This document shows, piece after piece, positions 1 to 10,753 of a stretch of 64,000 nucleotides of DNA (position 1 is the first letter of the stretch; each line of letters starts with the position of its first letter). Both the position numbers and the translations under genes were made by a program. The notes beneath the pieces were generated by a model. That model searched no databases. It was not told where the DNA came from and was given only the letters and a program-made list of their open reading frames with translations. This stretch comes from a bacterium (GTDB lineage: Bacteria > Zhuqueibacterota > Zhuqueibacteria > Residuimicrobiales > Krinioviventaceae). Location: contig CAXXFV010000006.1 in NCBI GenBank assembly GCA_963674595.2, forward strand, positions 1 through 64,000. The letters run 5' to 3'.

Positions 1-1215
1 TACCCTATGACCTCATGACGCAGAATATTCATGTTAATCCTGATCAGCTTTTTACACCATCAGAAAATTATGATACTGTAAATTCGTATTTTCAGGAAAA
101 GCTGAAAAAGGCCAGGCACCCTGTTTTTGTAATCGGTGCTGAGGTTGGCCGTTATCAGTTACAGCCTTTTATTAGGAACATGCTAAAAACCATCGGCATA
201 CCGGCTGTTTTTAACACCCCTGGCTAAAGGAGTGCTTGAAGAGGACGGCAAACTGTGTTATGGTGTTTATGCCGGTGTTGTCAGTTCCTCAAAAGATATA
301 CGAACATTTGTCGAACAGGCTGATCTTGTTATAATGCTTGGTACAAAAATGACGGATGTAAATTGTGGTATATTTACAGCAGATATAGATCAGGAAAAAA
401 TCCTAATTGCAAAAAACGGCTATGCCGGAAGTTATACGGAATGTGTTAATGATAATCTGGACTTTTACAGGTTTATCACCGGATTTGCACAGTTTATTAA
501 TCCAAAACCTGTTCGTCATAATAATTTAAAGATACCACCATTTCAAATTCCTCAAACAAATTCTGTTATGGACCAATACTTGAGAATTATTGAAGAACAT
601 ATAACTAAAGAACATGTCATTGTAGCCGATACGGGGGATTCCTGTTATGGTTCTCTGGCCATGCGCATGAAAAGCGACAATAGCTATTTCGCACCATTAT
701 TTTATAATACTATGGGTTATGCTGTGCCGGCATCGGTTGGTATCCAGCTTGCCATGCCTGATAAAAGACCGGTTGTTCTCGTTGGTGACGGGGCTTTTCA
801 AATGACGGGTATGGAACTTTCGACCAGTCTTCGGTTAGGATTGAACCCGATCATTATAATTTTTAACAATTCCGGTTATGGCATGCAGCGGGTTTTCCAG
901 GATGGAAATTTTAATACATTAACACCCTGGAATTATACCAGCATCACTAAATTAATAGGAGGGGGGATTGCACAAAAAGTAGAAACTGTTCAAAACTTTC
1001 AAAATACTTTACAAAATGCCATGCAAACAAAGGACTCTTTATTTGTAATTGAGGCTTTAGTGCCAAAAGGCGATATATCAACAGGCTTGAAAACTTTTAC
1101 CGATGCGGCCAAAAGAGAAAAAACAGGCATCTGTCCGTTTTTAGAAAATCCGGACCATGTATGCAGTGTATCGTCGAGTTGTGGTTTTTGTCGCGCTTCT
1201 ATCTGGCAGGAATGA
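1..1215 (+). CDS. Thiamine pyrophosphate-dependent 2-oxoacid decarboxylase (indolepyruvate/pyruvate decarboxylase family); 5' end beyond window; frameshift near 208-220
   Basis: ORFs 15-227 and 232-1215 join if one T is removed from the T-run at 208-212 (AVLTPLAKGVLEE). TPP-binding motif GDGAFQM...NN; ADTGDS and MGYAVPA motifs. Confidence 0.8.
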
Positions 1216-1285
1216 AATAACAAATGACTGCCAGGTATTTTAGATCAGGCATGTCAACATTAAGGCTGTTTAACGGTATAACCTG

Positions 1286-1314
1286 AAAAAGCTTCTCTCA
1301 TCAGAGGCTTTTTT
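1286..1314. terminator. Bidirectional intrinsic terminator
   Basis: AAAAAGCTTCT-ctcatc-AGAGGCTTTTT hairpin with A and T tracts, after the decarboxylase stop. Confidence 0.7.
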
Positions 1315-1315
1315 A

Positions 1316-1360
1316 TTAGTAAGGGGAAGCAGGATTTAAACCTGTGTTTTTGGGTTATGA
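1316..1360 (-). repeat. Degenerate direct repeat of the tRNA-fMet 3' half (att-like remnant)
   Basis: TTAGTAAGGGGAAGCAGGATTTAAACCTGTGTTTTTGGGTTATGA aligns to 7543-7587 at about 37/46 columns by hand, ending at the anticodon loop. Confidence 0.75.
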
Positions 1361-2028
1361 AAGAAACAATTTTGTTGTTTGGCATATTATTATTTTATTT
1401 ATCTTGCATTAAATCCATTTAACCGCTGCTCGAAACTATTGGAAGAAGAAAAATAACTGCTTTACCTATTGGACGCAAAATTATCTATTTACTAAATGAT
1501 AAACGGAATAATTTTTACAAACAAGGAATTTTAATTATTTTTAAAATTCCCTTGCACCAATTTAAGAGAATTCGTATTATTCTTTTGTCCGTAATAAAGG
1601 ATGTTTTGGGAAAATTGTTCAAGCCCGGGAGTTTCTGATTCCTGTAAGTTCATTTTAAACAAATAAAAATAAGATTTCAAGGCATACACGACAAAGACAT
1701 TATAATTTTCTGAAAACCAAATTCCCGTTGCCAAACTAATAAAACTTTCTATTAGTTACAGGCTGTTCTGAGTACCAGGACCTATTCCCATAAAACAGAG
1801 CAAGTGTATGTTTATTTAACAGGACTGTTAGTTTTGTTTTGCAATAAATGATATCTCTTTTACGTGAGTAAAAGAGATAAACTTGTTTTTATCCAATCTT
1901 GCTGTTAATGGAAATATTTCTTACAATACCTGGAATCGTGGATTATAGACAATTTTTTATTTATAGACACATGAATTAGAAGTTATACGGAATATCGAAT
2001 ATAGTGGAAATTAATATCCGGAGAAATA

Positions 2029-2781
2029 ATGGACACAGAATCACGATTGCATAAAGAACAAGTTTTTCACGATCAACGCTTTAGCAGTGGAGAAAGTAAT
2101 CGAAGTAAAGCTCAAAAATTCTACACTGTCAGTAAGCATGCACAGGACAGGTATAAGGAAAAAATATCTAATGTTTGTAAAAACAAATCCTTATTGGATT
2201 ACGGATGTGGAACCGGAAGCAGTTCAATATCAGTCGCTAAAATGGGTGCAAAGGTAACAGGAATAGATATCTCATCAGAAGGTATTAAAGTCGCAAAAGA
2301 AAGGCTGAAAAGCGAACCATACCAGATTGATTTTTTTGTTATGAATGCTGAAGAAACCGATTTTAGTAAAGATAATTTTGATGTTATTATTGGAGCGGGA
2401 ATTTTGCATCATTTAAATATTTCAAAGGCTTATCAGGAAATAATGCGAATAATGAAGCCTAATGGTCATATGATTTTTTTGGAGCCATTGGGGCACAATC
2501 CTTTTATCAAGTTATATAGATTGCTAACTCCTAAAATGAGAACAGAAGATGAAAGGCCGTTAAAAGAAAAGGATTTAAAAAAATTAGAAAAATATTTTAA
2601 GGATATAGAAATTGAATATTTTTCATTATTTACATTGTTGGCGGTTCCCTTTGTTAATACAAGATATTTTCAGACAATTTATCGAAATTTAATAAATATT
2701 GATAAAAAGATATTTAAATTTTCATTTTTTCGTAGGAATGCATGGATATCTGTTATTCATGCAAAGATACCGATAAAATAA
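2029..2781 (+). CDS. Class I SAM-dependent methyltransferase
   Basis: LLDYGCGTG motif I, GIDIS, FDVI...ILHHL; GGAG SD. Confidence 0.88.
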   Translation: MDTESRLHKEQVFHDQRFSSGESNRSKAQKFYTVSKHAQDRYKEKISNVCKNKSLLDYGCGTGSSSISVAKMGAKVTGIDISSEGIKVAKERLKSEPYQIDFFVMNAEETDFSKDNFDVIIGAGILHHLNISKAYQEIMRIMKPNGHMIFLEPLGHNPFIKLYRLLTPKMRTEDERPLKEKDLKKLEKYFKDIEIEYFSLFTLLAVPFVNTRYFQTIYRNLINIDKKIFKFSFFRRNAWISVIHAKIPIK

Positions 2782-2925
2782 AGTTTTAATTTTTGTAAAA
2801 ACAATTAGTTAAAGTAAATCCTCTAGTCTTTATAAGTTATAATGCGTATTTAATTGTATTTCTAATCAATGTTTACAGCGGACTGTTTAAGCTGTTTTTC
2901 ACACTAAAACATTTATATACATCAT

Positions 2926-2954
2926 AAAAAGCTCCTTTATTTCGGGAGTTTTTT
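2926..2954 (+). terminator. Intrinsic terminator
   Basis: AAAAAGCTCCT-ttatttc-GGGAGTTTTTT. Confidence 0.6.
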
Positions 2955-3244
2955 GTTTTTATTCAGTTTAAACTAGTAGCTGAGTTTATTGATGATTTTT
3001 TACTGTTTGGAAACATCGGCGGAAAAAATTATTTTTCCGTTAAAGGATGTTACACCATCAAAAAAAACATGGTTCTATATTGGATCAAAATTCATTATGA
3101 CGATATTGTAAAGAAAAAGAAATTAATATTTAATTGTAACACTATCATAATAAATGCCTGCTATTCATTGAAAATTATAGTTTAAACGTGTATATAATAA
3201 CCTATTGTTTTAGTTGCAGTTCTGGAAAAATTTTCGAAAAATAT

Positions 3245-3285
3245 TTGACTTTTGTTAATCATTTGTATAATTGTTATAACAATTA
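3245..3285 (+). promoter_or_regulatory. Sigma70-like promoter overlapped by an 18-bp perfect palindrome (likely autoregulatory operator)
   Basis: TTGACT (3245-3250), TATAAT (3266-3271), palindrome TAATTGTTATAACAATTA (3268-3285) just upstream of the regulator ATG at 3303. Confidence 0.65.
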
Positions 3286-3302
3286 AAGCGAATGGAAAGA
3301 AT

Positions 3303-4409
3303 ATGAATATTGATAAAAACAGTCCGGTTCCTCAGTATTATCAATTAGAGACATGGTTGGAAGAGCAAATTGATCAGGGTATTTTCAGGGAAGATGAAAA
3401 GATACCAACAGAGGAAGAGCTGGCACGTATGACAGGTCTTTCCCGGCCCACCATCAGACATGCCATTCAGAATTTAGTAAATAAGGGATATTTGTCCAGA
3501 AAGCGACGGTTAGGCACTTTTGTTAATAAGAGGTTTTTAAAACCATCTACGCAGAACATATTAGGAATTTTGGTAAATTTTTATAAAAGTGGATATGCCT
3601 CGGAATTGATCAGGGGAGCAGGAGACGCATCAACAAAAGAGAATTATAGCCTTGTTTTATGTAATACTGATGATTCCTATGTTATGGCAGATATGCATAT
3701 CGATAGATTGTTGGAACAAGGAATTCGGGGTGTTGTTTTTGTTCCTACAGCCGCTTCAGATGAAAAGAATACATTACTTGTCGAGAAATTGTTAAGAAAA
3801 GATGTCAAGGTTGTAATAGCAGACCGTCACATTCCCGGTGTCGATATAGATAATGTCATTACGGACAATTTTTGGGGAGCCTATAATATAACCAACTATT
3901 TAATTTCAAAGGGGCACCACAAGATTGCCATACCAATAACCACCCTGTTTAATACGGCCCGCGAGCGATTGGAAGGTTATAAACAAGCGTTAAAGGATGC
4001 CAATATACCTGTTAATCCTTCATTGATATTTTTAAATAACGAGCGTTTTACGGATACATCATATTATGAATATGCGACCCTTGTACTTAATACAAGGAAC
4101 AAGTTTTCATCTATTTTTGCCAGCGATGACAAAATGGCCCATATTTTTTTCTCGGTTGCACGGCAAATGAATATCCGAATACCGGAGGATATTTCTCTTG
4201 TTGGGTATGATGATCTGCCCTGTTCATCGCCGGAATTTTTCGACTTGACCACCGTGCATCAACCTATTTATGAAATGGGCCAAAAGAGTACAGAGATTTT
4301 ATTAAGTCGTATAAATGGAAGTAATGAAAAGACGCAACAACTAACATTAAAATCATATTTGGCAGAAAGGCGTTCTGTTTTACCGCAAAAGTATTATAAA
4401 CGCAAATAA
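3303..4409 (+). CDS. GntR-HTH / LacI-type sugar-binding hybrid transcriptional regulator (AraR-like)
   Basis: N-terminal PQYYQL...IPTEEEL...SRPTIRHAI...GTFV wHTH; C-terminal IPEDISLVGYDD, LTTVHQP effector domain. ATG 3303 preferred over TTG 3252. Confidence 0.9.
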   Translation: MNIDKNSPVPQYYQLETWLEEQIDQGIFREDEKIPTEEELARMTGLSRPTIRHAIQNLVNKGYLSRKRRLGTFVNKRFLKPSTQNILGILVNFYKSGYASELIRGAGDASTKENYSLVLCNTDDSYVMADMHIDRLLEQGIRGVVFVPTAASDEKNTLLVEKLLRKDVKVVIADRHIPGVDIDNVITDNFWGAYNITNYLISKGHHKIAIPITTLFNTARERLEGYKQALKDANIPVNPSLIFLNNERFTDTSYYEYATLVLNTRNKFSSIFASDDKMAHIFFSVARQMNIRIPEDISLVGYDDLPCSSPEFFDLTTVHQPIYEMGQKSTEILLSRINGSNEKTQQLTLKSYLAERRSVLPQKYYKRK

Positions 4410-4736
4410 ATATGTAATATTAATAGTGTAATAATTTAATCATCGAACTGTTGTTTTATTGATTTTAACCAGGTTGTTAATTTTTGACTGATTTAGTGGT
4501 GTTTTTTGCAAAGCATTTTCAATTTTTTGCTGAAAAGAAAGCTGTTTGTAATTCATTACGATAAAAAGACATTTTGTATAAGGAGTGGATGAAATGTCGA
4601 GTTATAAGCCAAATCGTGATCGTGGAAAGACTCAAATGTAAAAGATAATTCCCCGATTCCGGTTGAAATTAGTTAAGAATTGGGATCAGCAATCCCGGTT
4701 TTTCCTATAAATTATTAACAAGAACGAGGTAGCGTT

Positions 4737-7481
4737 ATGAGAGACATCTTTTTTATGATAATTATTTTTTTATTTTGTGCAAATGTTTTTGCCAGTGCTC
4801 CCATCATTGTCAGTGATCTGATTTGCGAATATAAAATCAATCCTGTTGGGATTGATGTGTTGCAGCCAAGGCTTTCCTGGAAAATTCAATCAGAAAATAA
4901 AAAGGACCTTTTGCAGACAGCATATGAAATCCGTACAGCAGAAAATCTTGCGGATCTTCAATCCGGGAAAAAATTACTTTGGCAAACGGGCAAGGTTGAA
5001 AGTGACCAATCGATTCATATCGTTTACGGCGGCCCCTCTCTGAAATCCCGACAGCGTGTCTATTGGCAGGTACGTATTTGGGATAACCATGGAAATCATT
5101 CCGAATGGAGTGAACCGGCATTTTGGGAAATGGGATTACTTGCTGCTGACGAATGGCAGGCAAACTGGATTCAACCAAATTTGCAGGAAGACCCGAAAAT
5201 TTCTAATCCCGCACCTATGTTAAGGAAGGAATTTTCCCTAAATAACAATATAAAATCAGCGCGACTATATATTACGGCATTGGGGCTGTATGAAGCTGAA
5301 CTGAATGGCAAGCGGGTTGGTGACCAATATCTGACACCTGGTTGGACTTCTTATGATCACCGACTTCAATATCAAACCTATGACGTTACATCGCTCGTAC
5401 AAAATGGTGTAAATGCTATGGGTGTTACTCTGGGCGATGGCTGGTATCGTGGAAACCTGACCTGGCATAGCAACCGCAATTTTTACGGCGATAAGTGTGC
5501 CTTGCTGGGTCAGCTTGAAGTTACTTTCAAGGACGACTCTAAACAAATCATAATAACAGATAATAGCTGGAAAACAGCAACGGGCCCAATTCTGGCTTCT
5601 GATATTTATGATGGCGAAATATATGATGCACGCCTGGAAAAAACAGGATGGAACAAGGCAGGGTTTGATGACAGCGGTTGGGCCGGTGTTGCTGAATTAA
5701 ACCATCGCAAGGATTTCCTTATTGCTCCTGATGGACCTCCGGTGAAAAAAATCGAACCGATAAAACCGGTAAAATTAATCAAAACGCCTGCCGGAGAAAC
5801 GGTCATTGATATGGGCCAAAATATGGTTGGCTGGATCCAATTTAAAGTCCGGGGAGAGTCGGGTGCAAAGGTTAAATTACGTCATACTGAAGTTTTGGAT
5901 AAAGATGGAAATTTTTATACGGATAATTTACGTAATGCCAGGCAAACAATTGAATACACATTGCGTGGTGATACTGTTGAAGCGTTTGAACCGCACTTTA
6001 CTTTTCAGGGATTTCGCTTTGTCGCTATCGACGAATGGCCCGGAGAACCAAAACTGGAGGATTTTACAGGAGTGGTGGTCCATTCGGACATTACACCCAC
6101 CGGTTCATTCGAGTGCTCCAATAAGATGATTAATCAGTTACAGCATAATATTCAATGGGGGCAAAAGGGTAATTTTGTGGATGTCCCGACAGATTGTCCA
6201 CAGCGGGATGAACGATTAGGCTGGACAGGTGATGCCCAGGTTTTTGCCCGCACGGCTTGTTTTAATGCGGATGTGGCTGCTTTTTATACCAAATGGTTAA
6301 AGGACGTCGCGGCAGATCAGAAACCTAGTGGCGCTGTGCCGCATGTTTTGCCGAATATACTAAACCGTCATGATCCTGTTAGAGATGCAGGCTCTGCCGG
6401 TTGGGCGGATGCTGCCGTCATAGTACCCTGGACAGTCTATCTCTGTTATGGCGATAAACACATTTTAGAGCAGCAGTATCCAAGTATGAAAGCATGGGTT
6501 GACTATATGGCAACAAAGGCCGGCAGTACATATTTATGGAACACGGATTTTACGTTCGGTGATTGGCTGGCTTTTGCCACTGACAGGTCCGATTATCCCG
6601 GCGCAACAACTGAAAAAGATTTGGTTTGTCAGGCTTATTTTGCCCATTCTACGGATATTTTACAAAAGGCCGCCGCTATTCTGGGTAAAACCGATGATGC
6701 TAAAAAGTATAGTGAACTTTTGACAAAAATTAAATATGTATTTCAGGATGAATTCGTTACACCAAACGGACGCCTTGTTTCAAATACGCAAACAGCTTAT
6801 TCTATGGCCCTGGCTTATGAACTGCTTCCTGAAGAGCAGCGTAAAATTGCTGCTGAGCGCTTGGCAAAGGACGTCAATAATTTTAAACATATAACCACCG
6901 GCTTTCTGGGAACACCTATTATTTGCCATGTTCTCAGTGATTATGGCTATTATGACGAGGCGTTTATGCTGCTTAACAGGAAAGAATACCCCTCCTGGCT
7001 ATACCCTGTAACAAAGGGTGCAACCACAATCTGGGAAAGGTGGGACGGAATTAAGGCAGATGGTTCCTTTCAAGATGCCGGTATGAATTCTTTTAATCAT
7101 TATGCTTATGGCGCCATCGGTGAATGGTTGTATCGTGTTGTGGCTGGTATAGAGATTGATCCTGAACAACCGGGTTATAAACATATTATCATTCAACCTC
7201 ATCCTGGTGGCGAGTTAACCAATGCTAAAGCATCAATGAATTCCATGTATGGAAAAATAATATCTTCCTGGAATTTACAAGAAAATCAGTTCAACCTGAC
7301 TGTAGAAATTCCTGCCAATACAACGGCAACAGTTATTTTACCGAACGCTGTGTTGGACTCGGTTTCAGAGTCGGGCAAGATAATATCAAAGATTAAAGAT
7401 ATGCCTGCAAAACAGACCGGCAATGATGTTGAGGTGGAACTTGGCTCAGGAATTTATACCTTTAGCTATTTGATGGAATAG
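4737..7481 (+). CDS. Glycoside hydrolase family 78 alpha-L-rhamnosidase, secreted
   Basis: Signal peptide; PTDCPQRDERLGWTGD, GATTIWERW and SFNHYAYG motifs. Confidence 0.95.
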   Translation: MRDIFFMIIIFLFCANVFASAPIIVSDLICEYKINPVGIDVLQPRLSWKIQSENKKDLLQTAYEIRTAENLADLQSGKKLLWQTGKVESDQSIHIVYGGPSLKSRQRVYWQVRIWDNHGNHSEWSEPAFWEMGLLAADEWQANWIQPNLQEDPKISNPAPMLRKEFSLNNNIKSARLYITALGLYEAELNGKRVGDQYLTPGWTSYDHRLQYQTYDVTSLVQNGVNAMGVTLGDGWYRGNLTWHSNRNFYGDKCALLGQLEVTFKDDSKQIIITDNSWKTATGPILASDIYDGEIYDARLEKTGWNKAGFDDSGWAGVAELNHRKDFLIAPDGPPVKKIEPIKPVKLIKTPAGETVIDMGQNMVGWIQFKVRGESGAKVKLRHTEVLDKDGNFYTDNLRNARQTIEYTLRGDTVEAFEPHFTFQGFRFVAIDEWPGEPKLEDFTGVVVHSDITPTGSFECSNKMINQLQHNIQWGQKGNFVDVPTDCPQRDERLGWTGDAQVFARTACFNADVAAFYTKWLKDVAADQKPSGAVPHVLPNILNRHDPVRDAGSAGWADAAVIVPWTVYLCYGDKHILEQQYPSMKAWVDYMATKAGSTYLWNTDFTFGDWLAFATDRSDYPGATTEKDLVCQAYFAHSTDILQKAAAILGKTDDAKKYSELLTKIKYVFQDEFVTPNGRLVSNTQTAYSMALAYELLPEEQRKIAAERLAKDVNNFKHITTGFLGTPIICHVLSDYGYYDEAFMLLNRKEYPSWLYPVTKGATTIWERWDGIKADGSFQDAGMNSFNHYAYGAIGEWLYRVVAGIEIDPEQPGYKHIIIQPHPGGELTNAKASMNSMYGKIISSWNLQENQFNLTVEIPANTTATVILPNAVLDSVSESGKIISKIKDMPAKQTGNDVEVELGSGIYTFSYLME

Positions 7482-7507
7482 GGTGAGGGACACTATTTTT
7501 TAAAAAG

Positions 7508-7544
7508 AAAAAGGCTTAGATTTTTATCATCTAAGCCTTTTTTT
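7508..7544. terminator. Bidirectional terminator between GH78 and tRNA-fMet
   Basis: AAAAAGGCTTAGAT / ATCTAAGCCTTTTT inverted repeat. Confidence 0.85.
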
Positions 7545-7546
7545 AG

Positions 7547-7620
<74 letters not shown>

Positions 7621-7665
7621 GTGTATATTCTATATCAAATATTTCTTTGTCGTTTTCAGAGTGAC

Positions 7666-7694
7666 AAGATACTAATAAATAAGCCTATTGTCAA
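7666..7694 (-). promoter_or_regulatory. Sigma70 promoter of tRNA-fMet
   Basis: Minus strand TTGACA-17 nt-TATCTT. Confidence 0.7.
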
Positions 7695-7734
7695 GGAAAA
7701 AATATTTTGAGCTGTTTCTGTTCTTTAGATATTT

Positions 7735-7769
7735 AAAAAATGCACAGGTTTCCTATTGAAACCTGTGCA
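7735..7769 (-). terminator. uxaC terminator
   Basis: TGCACAGGTTTC / GAAACCTGTGCA stem followed by a T6 tract on the minus strand. Confidence 0.85.
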
Positions 7770-7779
7770 AGATCGTTTA

Positions 7780-9198
7780 CTAGAATTTATAGTTCTTTTT
7801 TACCAAATTATAGGCCAAATCTATAACCATTTCTTCAGCTTCATCCATATCAATAACATGTTCCGAAACCAGCTCTGCTAAAAATTTACAATCAACTCTG
7901 CGTGCCACATCGTGACGTGCCGGTATGGATGGAAAAGCCCTGGTATCATCATTAAAGCCGACTGTATTATATATTCCAGCCGTTTCAGTAACCATTTTAC
8001 GGTATCTGTACATACCTTCACGACTGTCATGAAACCACCAGGCAGGCCCAAGTTTCATGGCCGGATAGTGACCGGCAAGCGGTGCCAGTTCACGAGAGTA
8101 GGTTGTTTCGTCTATAGTAAAAACAATCAAATTTAATTTTGGATCGTTTCCATATTTATTTAAAAGCGGCTTTAAATTTTGTACATATTCCGTTGAACTG
8201 GGAATATCACAACCCTTATCCAGGCCGAACATGTTGTATATCTTTGTGTTATGATTTCGATATACACCAGGATGAATTTGCATTGTCAGTCCGTCTTCAA
8301 TGCTCATTCGTGCCATTTCCATAATCATGTGGCCGGTAAAAATGTATGCATCTTCTTGTGTTGCTTTACCTTGCATTGCTTTATCATAAAGTTCTGATGC
8401 TTTGTTTTTATCAAGCTCTATGGTAAAAGGAGAGAGGACACCCTGATCTGTTGATGTAGCGCCCATTTCTTTAAAAAACTGTCTTTGTTTTTCCAAGGCC
8501 TTTATAAAACCATTATATGTGCTGCAGTCAATATCACTAACCTTTGATAGTTTGTCGATATTTTCTTTCCAGCCCCGAAACATAAAATCGGTTACATTAT
8601 CCGGTCTGAAAGATGGAATAATTTTTCCATCCCAATCACTTGCTTTTATTTTTTTGTGATGTTCCAATGTGTCTGTCGGTGCATCGGTTGTAGTCATCAC
8701 TTCAATATTAAAATGTTTAAACATAGAGCGGGGCAAATTTTCCGGTTTGGCCAATATTTCTAAAATATGATCATATATTTCCATGGCTGTTTCACTGGTT
8801 AACCGTTTTTCTACGCCCAATACTTGATAGAGTTCGTGTTTTAACCAGCAGCCTGTGGGTGTTCCTCTGAAAAGGTAAAAATTATCCGCCACTATTTGCC
8901 AGATTTTACGATGGTCTGTTTCTGTCGGGCCGCCATCAATTCTGGGGACTCCTAAAGATTCCAGGGGAATGCCCTGAGAATAAAGCATACGAAACAGATA
9001 ATGGTCCGGAATGACCAACAGTTCTGTTGGGTCCGGAAAGGGTTTGTTTTCAGCAAACAGTTTCGGATCAACATGTCCATGCGGGCAAACTAACGGAAGA
9101 TCTTTTACGCGTTCATATAGCTGTTGTGCAATTTGACGTTGCTCTTTACCGGCACTGAAATACCTGTCTTTATGCAAAACCAATGGTTGATAAGTCAT
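7780..9198 (-). CDS. uxaC: Glucuronate (uronate) isomerase
   Basis: PHGHVDP, PDHYLFRMLYSQG, GPAWWFHDS, GFNDDTRAF, PARHDVARR. Start set at MTYQP after the GAAAGGA SD. Confidence 0.96.
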   Translation of the reverse strand: MTYQPLVLHKDRYFSAGKEQRQIAQQLYERVKDLPLVCPHGHVDPKLFAENKPFPDPTELLVIPDHYLFRMLYSQGIPLESLGVPRIDGGPTETDHRKIWQIVADNFYLFRGTPTGCWLKHELYQVLGVEKRLTSETAMEIYDHILEILAKPENLPRSMFKHFNIEVMTTTDAPTDTLEHHKKIKASDWDGKIIPSFRPDNVTDFMFRGWKENIDKLSKVSDIDCSTYNGFIKALEKQRQFFKEMGATSTDQGVLSPFTIELDKNKASELYDKAMQGKATQEDAYIFTGHMIMEMARMSIEDGLTMQIHPGVYRNHNTKIYNMFGLDKGCDIPSSTEYVQNLKPLLNKYGNDPKLNLIVFTIDETTYSRELAPLAGHYPAMKLGPAWWFHDSREGMYRYRKMVTETAGIYNTVGFNDDTRAFPSIPARHDVARRVDCKFLAELVSEHVIDMDEAEEMVIDLAYNLVKKNYKF

Positions 9199-9517
9199 TC
9201 TACTTCCTTTCACGTATGATAGCATTTATATTCAAGTTAAAATAAATTCATTTGATCAGGGCTGTTTAGTTTTAACAATTTGATTTTGGGAAACAGGGAG
9301 TCCAGGTAAAAATTTTGTATGGTATATTAAAGATTTTTATTGAAAATGAAAAGAAAAAATTAACATACGGAATAATGGTGGAATACCCGCATACAGGTAG
9401 ACTGCTTTTTTATATGGTACACTATGGGTTGGAAAATATTGAAAGTTGAAAATTATTCTTGACAAACCCGGGAAATGGCTGGGAGATAAAGAACTCGGCA
9501 ACTTTTGGCTATTATTA

Positions 9518-10711
9518 TCACGATTCGTTTTTGTTCTTTTCGGTCTGACACAGTCTTCGCCATTTGGGGACGCTCAATGTAAAGCCCATTTTATTAAGAT
9601 ACGTCATATCCAGTTTGTTTTTCAACGATCTGTCATCCGGTGTAGTTGCAAAGATATTGCCCAGGTAAACGGCTGTTGATGCTGAAAATTTTTCGGATAT
9701 GTTTTTTGCCGGATCGTGGTGAAAAACAAGCGCCTCAACAATTTCATCAGGAAAACCCCACAAGCCCAATAAATATCCTCCGAGCTCTGCATGTGTTGTT
9801 TGAAAGTTTTGTAATTCAGTTTTAAATAAAGGAATTGAGTTATTTTGTGCATTTTCAAAAATAGTTTTATAACGTTCGGGCAGGTTTACTGCAAATATAA
9901 CCTTGCCGATATCGTGTAACAATCCGGCTATAAAAGCATTATCAATCAAGTTTTTATCTTTAGGGGACTGTGATGTTGTGATGATTTTTGCATTTCCGGC
10001 AACAAAAATACTGTGTTTCCATAATTTTTCAATATGAAATGTTTGGGCAATTTTAGGATCGATTTGTGTAAAAATATGTACAGAAAGGACCAAAGCCTTT
10101 ATGGTTTCAAATCCCAGAAATATGGTTGCCTGAACAGGGTCTGTTATCTGTTTAGCCGGGCTGAAAAAAGCAGAGTTTGCCAGTTGCAATATTTTTGCAG
10201 CCATTCCGGCATCTGTTGAAATAATTTCACCGGCACGTTTTATTGACGGGTCAGCAGAACGTAATTCTTCAACTATTTCAGTATATATTGAGGGTAAACT
10301 TGGTAATGTTGCCATTTGTGAAACAAGGTCTTTGAGCATATCGTTGTTTAATATGGTTCTGATTTGATATGTTCTTGTAACTGTATTAACCAATGTTTCG
10401 ATATTTGTAGATTTTGCCAGAAACTGATGTCCCGGAATATTGGATTTTAGCATATTATCTTTATAAGCAGAGTCAGAGATAATAATTCTTGCAATATGCG
10501 GATAATAAGTTGCAATTTTTTGTAGTAAATCTGTAATACCTGAAATGGAAATATCATAATCAACAATCAAAACATCACAATACTGCTGTTCCAAAACTTG
10601 TTCTGTTTCGTTTATTTTTGTAACGCAGACAATGTTCCAATCCGGATTGTTTTTAACCAGTTTATATAAAAATTGTATATCTTTGGAAATAAGAATAATC
10701 TGCTTTTTCAT
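9518..10711 (-). CDS. REC-HDOD domain signal transduction protein
   Basis: Degenerate N-terminal receiver; LPSLP, KILQLANSAFF, AGLLHDIGK, HAELGGYLLGLWGFP HDOD motifs. Confidence 0.9.
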   Translation of the reverse strand: MKKQIILISKDIQFLYKLVKNNPDWNIVCVTKINETEQVLEQQYCDVLIVDYDISISGITDLLQKIATYYPHIARIIISDSAYKDNMLKSNIPGHQFLAKSTNIETLVNTVTRTYQIRTILNNDMLKDLVSQMATLPSLPSIYTEIVEELRSADPSIKRAGEIISTDAGMAAKILQLANSAFFSPAKQITDPVQATIFLGFETIKALVLSVHIFTQIDPKIAQTFHIEKLWKHSIFVAGNAKIITTSQSPKDKNLIDNAFIAGLLHDIGKVIFAVNLPERYKTIFENAQNNSIPLFKTELQNFQTTHAELGGYLLGLWGFPDEIVEALVFHHDPAKNISEKFSASTAVYLGNIFATTPDDRSLKNKLDMTYLNKMGFTLSVPKWRRLCQTEKNKNES

Positions 10712-10753
10712 AATTTTGCTCTGCTTTTATAAACAAATATTTTTCTACTCCTT

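Noticed and set aside
1316-1360. Second functional tRNA-Met
   Set aside because: The 5' half is missing and the T-loop and stems are mutated, so it is treated as an att-like remnant.
1531-1734. 67-aa minus-strand ORF
   Set aside because: TTG start, AT-rich intergenic context, no recognisable motif.
1758-2886. Short ACAG-Nx-CTGT palindromes at about 1758, 1817 and 2875
   Set aside because: Short, with variable spacing; they could arise by chance and no associated element was found.
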